Source: an uncultured archaeon (GTDB lineage Archaea > Asgardarchaeota > Thorarchaeia > Thorarchaeales > Thorarchaeaceae). Taken from it: a DNA stretch of 51,049 bases. The notes below the pieces were generated by a model that did no database searches, was not told the DNA's origin, and worked only from the letters and a program-made list of their open reading frames with translations. Shown piece by piece: positions 20,133 through 29,676 of this stretch. Position numbers and translations under genes: made by a program. How positions within the stretch are numbered: the first letter of the stretch is position 1; every line of letters begins with the position of its first letter. The DNA lies in NCBI GenBank assembly GCA_964590575.1, contig CAZPWM010000014.1, forward strand, positions 1-51,049. The letters run 5' to 3'.

Positions 20133-21677
20133 TTGACCGAGCTACCAAGTGCTTTTAGAAAAGCAGAATGGGAAAAACTCATAGCTTTAGTTCTAGAGAT
20201 AAATGGTATTTTAGTGGCTGATTCCAGTGGGATCATTATTTGGGTTAATGATGCCTTTACTCATATAACGGGTTACTCTCCCGAAGAAGCAATTGGAAAA
20301 AAAACCAACCTTCTGAAATCCGGATATCATGATTCAAATTTTTACAAGATTCTTTGGGACACGATAACCTCAGGCGAAGTATGGTCTGGGGCAATGACAA
20401 ATAGAAGAAAAGATGGAAGCTACTACAAGGAATTGATGTCAATAGCTCCATTGAAAACAGAAGATGGAAGTATTGCTCGTTACATTGCCATGAAAAAAGA
20501 TGTGAGAGACTTTCATAATTTGGGTGATGCTGAAAGACAACCCAGTGCAGTGTTCGATAGGGTTGTGCCATTGATGACTGAGCTTAATGATGTCACTACT
20601 GCACTAGAACAAGCCAAAAGTGAAACGAATGCCATGCTCAACGCAACAAGTGAGGCAATAATGCTTCTCTCAATTGATGATAGGATGTTGTGGCTTAACA
20701 AGGCCTTTGGTAGATTCTTCTCATTAATTACACAAGATGTAACTGATGATTTCTTTCATAACTTGAAATCTCATTGGGATAGAGTCTTCGAGGACTCATC
20801 GAAAATAATGCACATTGTTAATAGTGCAAAGGAGAATCAAGTTTCTGAGTATCGAGAAGCAGTTTCCCAAATTTGGCCACAGAAACGAGAGCTAGAAGTA
20901 TACTCAGCACCTGTAAAAGATGCTAGTGGAAAATATTTGGGACAGATCTTCGTGTTCCGTGATGTAACACGTGAGCGAGCGGTAGAACGAATGAAATCGG
21001 AATTTGTATCTTTGGTATCTCACGAGTTCCGAACGCCCTTAACGTCCATTTTTGGTTATGCGGAAATGTTGTTAGAAGGAGATGCTGGAGAGCTCACTGA
21101 TGAACAAACAGATTTTCTGAAAACTATTCAAAGAAACGCAAACAATCTTTCTGAAATTATAAACAGTCTTCTGGTTGTTTCTCGACTTGAGGCAGGCGCA
21201 ATAAAACTAAACTTGGGTGAAATTGAGATACATGAAATTGTGGATAACACAGTTGAATTATTACGACCTCAGATTGTTGCTAAAAATTTAAAGCTGAAGG
21301 TAAGTGTTGATCCAGATTTACCAGTAGTGGAAGGTGATAGTCAATGGATTAATCAAGTCATCCTTAATCTTCTGTCAAATGCTTACAAATACACTCATTC
21401 TGGTGGGACAATAACAATTTCAGCAAAAGCAAAAGATGATTTTCTCTATATCAAAATCACGGATTCAGGAATAGGAATGTCAACAGATGAACAAAAGAAG
21501 TTATTTACGAAGTTCTTTCGAGTTGAAAATCCTGAAACCATTAAAGCAGGAGGGACGGGTTTGGGACTTTGGATTTCTCGTTCATTGGTTGAAATGCATG
21601 GGGGAGAAATCATGGTAATCAGCAAACCTAGAAAGGGTTCCACTTTCACGATTAAATTGCCAATCAAAAACAAATAA
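20133..21677 (+). CDS. Soluble PAS-PAS sensor histidine kinase
   Basis: PAS VNDAF..ITGY...RRKDG, H-box SHEFRTPL, N-box NLLSNAYKY, DSGIG and GGTGLGL. Confidence 0.93.
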   Translation: MTELPSAFRKAEWEKLIALVLEINGILVADSSGIIIWVNDAFTHITGYSPEEAIGKKTNLLKSGYHDSNFYKILWDTITSGEVWSGAMTNRRKDGSYYKELMSIAPLKTEDGSIARYIAMKKDVRDFHNLGDAERQPSAVFDRVVPLMTELNDVTTALEQAKSETNAMLNATSEAIMLLSIDDRMLWLNKAFGRFFSLITQDVTDDFFHNLKSHWDRVFEDSSKIMHIVNSAKENQVSEYREAVSQIWPQKRELEVYSAPVKDASGKYLGQIFVFRDVTRERAVERMKSEFVSLVSHEFRTPLTSIFGYAEMLLEGDAGELTDEQTDFLKTIQRNANNLSEIINSLLVVSRLEAGAIKLNLGEIEIHEIVDNTVELLRPQIVAKNLKLKVSVDPDLPVVEGDSQWINQVILNLLSNAYKYTHSGGTITISAKAKDDFLYIKITDSGIGMSTDEQKKLFTKFFRVENPETIKAGGTGLGLWISRSLVEMHGGEIMVISKPRKGSTFTIKLPIKNK

Positions 21678-21962
21678 TCTTGATATCTCTCCTCTGTTAT
21701 GTGAGCATTATTTGAACCTATAATATGTTCAGTAACAATATTGAATTCGGTCGTTGCATTATCCTGTGTTGGCTTATTGAGGTTTATCAATATCGTCACA
21801 AAGTGGTATCAATTGAATGTCATTGATCGTGAACAAGTTATCTGAGAAACTAGACCTATATTCAGTAATATCCGAAAATTCAAGATTCGGAAGACTTCAC
21901 ATGCACGAACATGCTTTTGATAAGTAAATTTTATGAACAATAAAGATAACATTGAAGAGTAT

Positions 21963-22445
21963 CTATGCATTCTCTCCAAAGAACATCAGGTAATCGGTTC
22001 CTGGGACTTCTTGACCCATATGACTAAGAACCATTGCTAATTGACCACGATGGTGAGTTGTGTGCAAGAGATACTGGAGGAAAAAGTTAATGACATCAAT
22101 CTCAAATGGTTCCTCCTTGATGTGTGAAACCATGATTTTGTCCTGGGGAATCTCTTCTATTGCATGACTGAGTCGAGTGTCAAGGACTTCCCATCGTTTG
22201 AAGAGTTCCTGTCTGGGGAGTTTCTTGACTCTATCAAAAACCGATTTGTCCTTTTCATCCTCAATATAGTAGAAGCATGTTTCTAAAGCTAAGACAATGT
22301 GTTGAACAAGTTCGCGAGGGCTTGTCCCCAATACCTCTTCTGAGAATTCTTCAGCATCCAACTCACTAAGAAGCTCTCTCATCTTCCAACCAGCCCAGAG
22401 ATGATAGTCTGCGAGCTCTCTGAATACCAATTCCTTGACCTCCAA
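21963..22445 (-). CDS. DinB family protein
   Basis: YHLWA, HIV, HTTHHRGQL and PGTDY. Confidence 0.85.
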   Translation of the reverse strand: MEVKELVFRELADYHLWAGWKMRELLSELDAEEFSEEVLGTSPRELVQHIVLALETCFYYIEDEKDKSVFDRVKKLPRQELFKRWEVLDTRLSHAIEEIPQDKIMVSHIKEEPFEIDVINFFLQYLLHTTHHRGQLAMVLSHMGQEVPGTDYLMFFGENA

Positions 22446-22482
22446 TCACAATTGACTTACTAACGTATTAGTCTACCGAGTA

Positions 22483-23448
22483 TTATCCAGAAAGTTCATC
22501 AAGAAGTCCCAACATCCACTGATCAATTGGTTTCTTGTTCGTCCACGTTTCCTCATATGGTGTCAAAATCAGGTTTCCATCTACTTCTCCAACCATGCCT
22601 CCATGTTTTCCACTCAAGAGGCACTCAATGGCAAAAGCTCCGAGGCGAGTAGCTAGAATCCTATCAAAATGAGTGGGGTTACCACCCCTTTGAATATATC
22701 CAAGAACTGATACCCTACATGCTTCTCCAATCCTCTCAGAGAGAGCTTTTCCAATCACGGTGGCATTTCCCAGCTCATCTCCTTCAGCAACTACAACAAG
22801 AACACTTGTTTTTGCCTTTTCCTTGGCTGTAATGACTTTCTGAGCTAGTTCTTCAATCGTCGTTTTTGTTTCAGGCATTAAGATTGCTGAAGCGCCAGTA
22901 GCAAAACCCACATGAAATGCAATGAATCCTGCGTGACGTCCCATTACTTCAACGAGAAAAACACGTTGGAAGGATTCAGCAGTATCCCGAATCTTGTCCA
23001 AGGCTTCTAGGGCATTATTGACGGCTGTATCAAACCCTATAGTGTAATCTGTGCCATAAAGATCATTATCAATAGTCCCGGGAAGTCCAATTGACCAACC
23101 ATTCCAATGTTTACTGAGTGCGTCTAATCCATGCATCGTACCATCGCCCCCAATACCAATTAACGCATCAAAACCACGGTCTGTTAGTATTTTCGTGGCT
23201 TTTTTCTGCCCTTCCTCAGTCTTGAACTCCTCAGACCTACCAGTTGTAAGTATTGTTCCACCCCTATGTAATATCCTAGAAACAGATCGAGAGTTCAGCT
23301 CATGGATTTGTTGGTTAAGTATGCCCTGAAATCCACCAAAGACTCCAAAGACCTCGCAATTGCGATGGATTCCGATTCGTGTAATAGCACGAAGGGCTGC
23401 ATTCATAGCAGGGGCGTCTCCACCGCTTGTAAGAACCGCAACTTTCAT
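22483..23448 (-). CDS. pfkA: ATP-dependent 6-phosphofructokinase
   Basis: TSGGDAP, GGDGT, PGTIDND, EVMGR and LGYIQRGG. Confidence 0.95.
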   Translation of the reverse strand: MKVAVLTSGGDAPAMNAALRAITRIGIHRNCEVFGVFGGFQGILNQQIHELNSRSVSRILHRGGTILTTGRSEEFKTEEGQKKATKILTDRGFDALIGIGGDGTMHGLDALSKHWNGWSIGLPGTIDNDLYGTDYTIGFDTAVNNALEALDKIRDTAESFQRVFLVEVMGRHAGFIAFHVGFATGASAILMPETKTTIEELAQKVITAKEKAKTSVLVVVAEGDELGNATVIGKALSERIGEACRVSVLGYIQRGGNPTHFDRILATRLGAFAIECLLSGKHGGMVGEVDGNLILTPYEETWTNKKPIDQWMLGLLDELSG

Positions 23449-23545
23449 GGGTTATCATAGTGACCATCCGGTAAATAAACTCGACTTACGTGACACATGG
23501 GTTATCATAGTGACCATCCGGTAAATAAACTCGACTTACGTGACA
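23446..23545. repeat. Exact 2 x 50-bp tandem duplication covering the pfkA promoter and start codon
   Basis: CATGGGTTATCATAGTGACCATCCGGTAAATAAACTCGACTTACGTGACA occurs at 23446-23495 and 23496-23545. Confidence 0.97.
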
Positions 23546-23657
23546 TTCAGGTCAATAAGAAGAAACGAACATGCCTAAGGGTTTGAAGTCTTGTTTGATC
23601 ACCTAGTTACCACGAGTAATGAAACTCAGTATTGGATACTCGCGCGGAACCACTAGT

Positions 23658-24614
23658 TTAGACGAGACCTTTTGTTCTCAAGAACAATAGGAGAGGTATT
23701 GTGATGAATAAACTGCCAATCATGATCGCACCAAAAGCGAGAGGATCCGTTTGGATTGGTAGATCAACATTCATCCCATAGATGCTAGCAATCAATGTAG
23801 GCACACTGACTAGAAGAGAGATTGAAGTCAGCGTCTTGATGACCCTATTCAGGTTATGACTGACGATGCTGTCGTATGCATTCATTGCATTAGCTATGAG
23901 TTCTCTATAGATTGCACTCAGTTCTACCTGCTGCTGCAGGTCGACCTCCAATTCCTCGAGACGGTCTACATCGAGAATCATTCTACCGACAATATTGAAA
24001 CGCATTAGACGTCTCAGCACCTTCATATTTGCTTTCAATGAAGTTTCTATGAAGATAGCATCACGAGAGAGTTGGAAAAACCATTCGAGCTGCGAAGGAT
24101 AAATCTCGCTCATGATAACATCCTCGGTCTTGTTTATTGTTTCCTCTATCAAGTCGAGTGTGTGTTCAAATGAATGAATAATAAGCTCGAGCCAGCGATA
24201 TATGACCTCAGTTGCTGTAGTACCAAATTGTATTCTCTTTCGTAATCGTTCCTTTCTAATTGGGACTTCATCATTCTGAATGACGATGATATCACGGCCA
24301 TTAGTAAAAACACCTATGGGATTAGTTGAATAGTATCTATCCTGCACTCTCAAATCCACAGGCACACGGAGAACCATCATAGTGAATTTATCTTCTATCT
24401 GTAACCGAGGTCGCTCATCAAGATCCTGGACATCTTGAAGGTCCTCGAGGTCAATCTCAAAATGATGAGATATCTTGGCTAAATCATCAGGTCGTATTCC
24501 AATAATCTCAACGAGCAGCGGTGCATCAGGGGCGTCTTCTAAAGAGGCATACTTGATTCCACTCTCCAATGCCATAATGGAGAAACTTCCATTCTCTACT
24601 TTGTCGCTGCTCAT
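23658..24614 (-). CDS. corA: CorA magnesium transporter
   Basis: YGMN signature between two C-terminal TMs, and ERPR. SD GAGGTG at 24621-24626 precedes ATG at 24614. Confidence 0.92.
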   Translation of the reverse strand: MSSDKVENGSFSIMALESGIKYASLEDAPDAPLLVEIIGIRPDDLAKISHHFEIDLEDLQDVQDLDERPRLQIEDKFTMMVLRVPVDLRVQDRYYSTNPIGVFTNGRDIIVIQNDEVPIRKERLRKRIQFGTTATEVIYRWLELIIHSFEHTLDLIEETINKTEDVIMSEIYPSQLEWFFQLSRDAIFIETSLKANMKVLRRLMRFNIVGRMILDVDRLEELEVDLQQQVELSAIYRELIANAMNAYDSIVSHNLNRVIKTLTSISLLVSVPTLIASIYGMNVDLPIQTDPLAFGAIMIGSLFITIPLLLFLRTKGLV

Positions 24615-24760
24615 ATGATCCACCTCGGTTGGGGGGATGTTCTTCGTCCATCGATGATAGCCTGCCTGGAAGTGGGTTCCTTCTGTGAACCTAGAACACA
24701 GTCAGTCGTTGAACCCTATGGGTCTCATTTGAAAGTGTATCATCTGCCTTTTAGGGTTTT
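24615..24760 (-). promoter_or_regulatory. corA leader with an 8-aa uORF (MRPIGFND) and an anti-SD sequence
   Basis: uORF at 24728-24702 about 21-26 bp after a CCCTAAAA box. CCACTTC (24675-24669) is complementary to the SD GAGGTGG. Confidence 0.45.
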
Positions 24761-24788
24761 GTAATAGCTACATGTTTAGAAGAAAAAG

Positions 24789-26732
24789 CTAAGATGGTTT
24801 AAGATGCTCTTTGAAAAAGTCTACTATCCTATTATAGACTGCTACTTTATTCTTGAACTTGAGAACATCATGACCTTCATCCTCAAACATGAGATATTCT
24901 ACATGTTTACCCGATGCATTCAACCTGTCTACAATATCTTTGGACTCAATCTCAACTACTCTCGGATCGTTCTTCCCTTGGATAATTAGTAATGGTGCAT
25001 TAAGCTGATCCATATAGGTGCTAGGAGACTGTTCCTTCAATATCTCAGCATCTTTCTCTGGGTGGCCAATTGACAGATAGAAATACGATGCCCAAGACTC
25101 TGGAAGCCTTTCTATGAATGTAATGAGATTGTATGGACCAAACATATCGCAAGCAGCTTGCCACAACTCTGGATGACGAGTTGCTAACGTGAGAGTCATG
25201 TAACCTCCATAAGACCGACCAACCACAGCTCGCCTTGTTGAATCAATTCTTTTATCCGTCTCTAAGAACTTTAGACCCTCAACATGGTCAAGCCTGTCTT
25301 TACCACCCCAGTCACGATCCACATGTTTCATGTAAGCTAAACCATAACCGGAACTACCTCTGACATTAGGTACAAACACAGCAAATCCGTTCATGGTCAA
25401 TAATTGTATCAATGGCATGCTGAACCAAGTAAAGTCGGGGCGTTCTTGACCTTGGGGGCCACCATGTACATACAAGACAAGTGGTCTGGGACCATCGAAT
25501 TCGAGCTTAGGCGACGGAAGATACAATCTTGCTGAAATTCTTAAACCATCAAAAGACTCGAAACTAGCATCCTCTCCTGAGGAGAAGACATCTTCTGGTA
25601 TCCCAAGCACTCTTTCGTTAGACAACTGAGTAAACGATACTGCTCCTTTTTCATGAGTGGACAGATAGAGTTGAGATGGTGTTATCGCGTTTGTAAATGA
25701 GATTACATATTCTATAGTCGCGTTCTGTTTGATGTCCAGAGATTTATCCCATTCCACGCCCTGTGATACTCCTTCATTCAGTGGTTTCTCACCAACAATC
25801 ACATGACGAACGTTCATCGTCATCTCTTGAATGTCTAACTCTGCTTCGTATAACCAAGTGCATCCATCAATGTTGTATCCAATAACAAATCGGTTCTTGT
25901 CTATATGCTCAAAATGGTCAAACTCGCCTATTCCTCTATGTCTAAGATTCTTTACTTTTATCTCTTGCAAAGCTTCTGGATTCTTCAAATCCATGAAAGC
26001 AATGCCGCCAAGGTCATCAAAAGTTGTTGTGTAGACAATTGCTTCGTTCTCAATCCAATGGACAGGGGCTGTGTTATACAATTTCGTTTCTTTGGTGGAA
26101 TCTCTCTCATTCAGGGGAGTTCCCAAAACAGTCCTAAGACCATCTACTCCCTCTTCCCATAGTGCAATTACAAAATCCCCTGCAATATACCTCTCAGTAA
26201 GGAAAATCTTCGAATGGTCCTCATTAGGACTAGGCATGAACCCGTGTTCACTGATACCAAGGATTGCTTCTTCCAAAGTTTCAAGGTGTACCCTCATTGC
26301 ATACTGCAGAGCCTTATCTTTTACAGTTCGGTCGTCCCGTCTAAAGTAAGCGATATTCCTCTTTTCGTCAACATGGCTGCAAGTGATTTGTTGACCAAGG
26401 TATTTGTCACCAAAGATAGGTTTAGGTACGCCACCGTCGAGAGGTATGAAACTTGGTTGATACAGCTCATTACCATCTTGGTCGACCATGATGAGAATCT
26501 TATCGAGTTTGGGAAGAACTACATATAGATTCCCTGCCATAAGGTGGGGATTTTGAATAGCAAGCCCAGCAGGAAGTAACCTTTCAGGAAAACTCCCAGT
26601 CTTTTTCATACGATACAAGCTCATCATCCCGCTCATATCACTTACAAAATACACATAATCGCCAGCAAGTTGAGGAGATACTAATTGCCTTGCAGAGAGT
26701 AAAGTTTCAACTGGATACGACATAATGGCCAT
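24789..26732 (-). CDS. S9 family serine peptidase (acylaminoacyl/prolyl oligopeptidase)
   Basis: VHGGP, NVRGSSGYG, nucleophile GRSYGG, QGKNDPRV and DEGH. The start is 26732 or 26723. Confidence 0.92.
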   Translation of the reverse strand: MAIMSYPVETLLSARQLVSPQLAGDYVYFVSDMSGMMSLYRMKKTGSFPERLLPAGLAIQNPHLMAGNLYVVLPKLDKILIMVDQDGNELYQPSFIPLDGGVPKPIFGDKYLGQQITCSHVDEKRNIAYFRRDDRTVKDKALQYAMRVHLETLEEAILGISEHGFMPSPNEDHSKIFLTERYIAGDFVIALWEEGVDGLRTVLGTPLNERDSTKETKLYNTAPVHWIENEAIVYTTTFDDLGGIAFMDLKNPEALQEIKVKNLRHRGIGEFDHFEHIDKNRFVIGYNIDGCTWLYEAELDIQEMTMNVRHVIVGEKPLNEGVSQGVEWDKSLDIKQNATIEYVISFTNAITPSQLYLSTHEKGAVSFTQLSNERVLGIPEDVFSSGEDASFESFDGLRISARLYLPSPKLEFDGPRPLVLYVHGGPQGQERPDFTWFSMPLIQLLTMNGFAVFVPNVRGSSGYGLAYMKHVDRDWGGKDRLDHVEGLKFLETDKRIDSTRRAVVGRSYGGYMTLTLATRHPELWQAACDMFGPYNLITFIERLPESWASYFYLSIGHPEKDAEILKEQSPSTYMDQLNAPLLIIQGKNDPRVVEIESKDIVDRLNASGKHVEYLMFEDEGHDVLKFKNKVAVYNRIVDFFKEHLKPS

Positions 26733-26818
26733 CAATCGGTCACAATAAGGGTGTGTTAAAGTATTTGCCGATTTAAGGCGAGATTGCATAGGAAAAGGAA
26801 TGATGCGAAATAGAGCGG

Positions 26819-28135
26819 CTAGATGATTACACTTTCGATCTCCACATTTCTATCCTTGATACTGAGTGTCTTAGAGGGCAGCCTCTTACCACCAAAGAGC
26901 TCCGCTTCAGTTTCTCCGCGGTAGAGGGCATCTGCAATTCGGCCTAACGCATCAGCCTTCATAATTCCGGAACCACTTGCCCCATTTACAACAAGGACAC
27001 CACATTCGAGATACACAAAGGGAATTCGGTCAGGACTATAGCAGTAACCCCCTGCCCAGCTATTGACTGGTCTTGCACCTTGAAATGCAGGGAAATATTT
27101 AGACAACACTGGATACATACTGTGCTCGTAATAAGCACTTTCAGGAACCATATCCTCATCGGTTTGAATGTATTTGTACTCTCTACCAATTGTATCCCCA
27201 CATCCAATCCAGAAACCTCTCTCTTGGAGTTGTGGTCTGAAGTAAACACCCGCTGATGGAAGAATTGTGAAGGGGATGCAACCTAGTTTGTTGAATCCTT
27301 TCAAGTCTAAAAGATCATGGAGCTCAGGTTTGTCCTCAGCATGAATGACAAAGAGTTGACGTTTCTTACTCTTGGTCAAGCTATCAATACCTATTGGGTC
27401 TAGTAACTTGTTTGTCCACGCACCCGTTGCCAGAACCACGACTTCTGCTCTAAAGGTTCCTTTGTCAGTGACAACTCCGCTTACCTTTTTCTTCTGCCAG
27501 ACATAAGGTTCTCCTGGAAGATCTAGCTTCGGGTCTGCCTCTAGAAGGAGTTTCTCAACTTCCACCCCGAATCTTGCTTTGACGTGAGATATTTTCTTGA
27601 ATTCTTCAAAATAGTACTCAACTAATCTCGTTGGGTCTAAAACTCCACAATCTGCCCCAAAGAGACCGTAGCTCACTTCATGAAGATTCATGAGTTCAGC
27701 TTCTTCATCTCCAGAAAAATCAACATTGAGACTGGGGATCATCGTCTTCAGTTCTTCTTTGTTGTAGACTTTGTAGCTGATTCCTGATTTCTCCATCCGC
27801 TCCATCCAGAGTTTAACACTCTCATGCCTGAACTGTTCTTCACTAAGCAGCCAAAGATATCCTGTCTTTTCGAAGAACAAGTCATAACCAATCTCGTTCT
27901 GAACATACTCAAAATACTTGATCGATGTGTCCGTGAGTAGCTGGTTTGTGGATGATGCAAACATGTTACGAACAGCCGCAGCACTCATTGCAGTATTTGC
28001 TTGGCCTGCAGCCAGAGTTCGATCGATAAGGAGTATCTTCTTGTCAGGACTGCTTTTCTGTATATAATATGCAGTTGCGACACCGAGACAGCCAGCACCC
28101 ACAACAATTACATCAAAGGTTTCTTCGCTACTCAC
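26819..28135 (-). CDS. FAD-dependent oxidoreductase (DAO/sarcosine oxidase beta/proline dehydrogenase-like)
   Basis: VVGAGCLG, LATGAW, WAG.Y...PD and SGSGIM. Confidence 0.88.
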   Translation of the reverse strand: MSSEETFDVIVVGAGCLGVATAYYIQKSSPDKKILLIDRTLAAGQANTAMSAAAVRNMFASSTNQLLTDTSIKYFEYVQNEIGYDLFFEKTGYLWLLSEEQFRHESVKLWMERMEKSGISYKVYNKEELKTMIPSLNVDFSGDEEAELMNLHEVSYGLFGADCGVLDPTRLVEYYFEEFKKISHVKARFGVEVEKLLLEADPKLDLPGEPYVWQKKKVSGVVTDKGTFRAEVVVLATGAWTNKLLDPIGIDSLTKSKKRQLFVIHAEDKPELHDLLDLKGFNKLGCIPFTILPSAGVYFRPQLQERGFWIGCGDTIGREYKYIQTDEDMVPESAYYEHSMYPVLSKYFPAFQGARPVNSWAGGYCYSPDRIPFVYLECGVLVVNGASGSGIMKADALGRIADALYRGETEAELFGGKRLPSKTLSIKDRNVEIESVII

Positions 28136-28287
28136 TATGCATGCCTCCGCGTTTAAGCCGCGTGAAACAAGCCCACCTAAAACGTTTACCCTTCATGGAT
28201 TTGTTACAATAAACATCAGACTTCCTGATTGACACCGTAAGTATCTTAAAGAAACTCTTTGCCAGCCCCGAGCTGGAGAGGAGAAAC

Positions 28288-29016
28288 TTGGCGATCTCTG
28301 AAGAACAAGATATGGAACTGTTCGAAACAACAAGCGAAACCAAACGTGTCGCAGTTGGCGTAATCCTAGCGGCACTCTATGCAGTTCTTGCTCTCCTTCC
28401 ACTGAGTGCGTTCATCGGTGCTGCTAGTATCATAAGCTTTGCAATCTGTATTGCCCCTATCATCGGAATAGTACTTGGTCCAATCAGAGGGTTTGCCTTT
28501 GGATTGATAGGCGGTATTCTAGCAGCCATTTTATTGATGGTCATGCCCTTCAACCTCTACGTGCTCATGCCAACCATCATTCTGGGACCAGCAATTGCAG
28601 GTCTCTTTACTGGTCTTCTAGTCCACAGAACATACAAGATTGGTCCATTACTCACTGCACTGTATTTGCTAGTGATAATCAGCCTCTTTCTGGTTTCACG
28701 ATTTGAGGCGTGGATATTCATGACACCCTACCTACTAGCACTAGTGGTCGCAATAGGTTTACAAATCACGGGTATAGAGTTTGATCTTGATAAAAGAGGA
28801 CTATCAAAATACCTACAGTTTTTACCATTCACATTCTTAGGAGCAATGCTTGACCACTCGATGATGGCTATGGGCTCAGTCTATCTCCTCGGTCTCGATG
28901 CGAGTCTTTTCATAGGAATATTCCCTCTCATGGTTATAGAGAGAACAATCGCCACCATTGTGGGAGCTATCATTGGATTTGTGGTGTTAGTAGTTCTTAG
29001 AAACGAACTCAGCTAA
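28288..29016 (+). CDS. Membrane protein, ECF S-component-like
   Basis: ILAALYAVL first helix, GIVLGP..G pattern and about 7 TMs. Confidence 0.6.
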   Translation: MAISEEQDMELFETTSETKRVAVGVILAALYAVLALLPLSAFIGAASIISFAICIAPIIGIVLGPIRGFAFGLIGGILAAILLMVMPFNLYVLMPTIILGPAIAGLFTGLLVHRTYKIGPLLTALYLLVIISLFLVSRFEAWIFMTPYLLALVVAIGLQITGIEFDLDKRGLSKYLQFLPFTFLGAMLDHSMMAMGSVYLLGLDASLFIGIFPLMVIERTIATIVGAIIGFVVLVVLRNELS

Positions 29017-29617
29017 GATTCTTAATAATAATCTCGAGTGCCTTGACTTGCATATCGAGTGGCATCGTTGCCATTAACATCATGTCTTTCTCAATGGCCT
29101 GAGATGGTAGTGGTGGGAGATGAATTAAGGTAGCTTTTGCATCAAGTGTACTCATCTCTATCATATCCATCACATTGTAGATTAACCAGTTGCAACCAAA
29201 GAGACCTGCGTGATAGCTAACATAAGCAGGAATGCCGCTATCTAGAAGTGCTTGTACCAGTTCGTGTGGATCGAGATTTGTAAAATAGGCTGCAGGACCA
29301 TCATATTCGATAACATCTGATTCAGGAGTGTTCTCATAGTTATCCGGACGTTTGGTTGAGATAGCATTCACAGCGATTCTCTCGATTGAAATAGCTGCTC
29401 GGTTAGCCTGTCCGCAGCAGAGCACATATTCAGGTTTGAATTTCTTAATAGCCACGTGAAGGATTTCGAGGGCATTCGTGTAGTTAAGAGGAAGGACCAA
29501 TCCAACGAGTGAAAATTGATTGATCTTCGTATCATCAAGAGTTTTGACAACCTCTTCAGAAGGGTTAACACTAAATCCATCGAAGGGCTCGAACCCGGTT
29601 ATGAGAATAGTTGGCAC
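29009..29617 (-). CDS. pcp: Pyroglutamyl-peptidase I
   Basis: ILITGFEPF, NPS, ERIAVN, AGLFGCN and IHLP (Glu/Cys/His triad). GTG start follows SD GGTGAT. Confidence 0.92.
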   Translation of the reverse strand: MPTILITGFEPFDGFSVNPSEEVVKTLDDTKINQFSLVGLVLPLNYTNALEILHVAIKKFKPEYVLCCGQANRAAISIERIAVNAISTKRPDNYENTPESDVIEYDGPAAYFTNLDPHELVQALLDSGIPAYVSYHAGLFGCNWLIYNVMDMIEMSTLDAKATLIHLPPLPSQAIEKDMMLMATMPLDMQVKALEIIIKNLS

Positions 29618-29676
29618 AGAATCACCCAGAAGAGAAGAAAATATCCTCCTAATGAGTTCTGCGAAAAATAAGGAAC

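Larger units (their letters stand above)
15601..21950. other. Probable horizontally acquired AT-rich island (regulator-helicase-kinase)
   Basis: Visibly more AT-rich than the flanks, and the left edge truncates an MFS gene. No integrase or terminal repeats were seen, so boundaries are approximate. Confidence 0.6.

Noticed and set aside
23446-23545. CRISPR array
   Set aside because: Only two abutting copies with no spacers, and no cas genes.
24615-24760. M-box (ykoK) riboswitch
   Set aside because: The conserved M-box sequence blocks are not recognisable and the leader is short.
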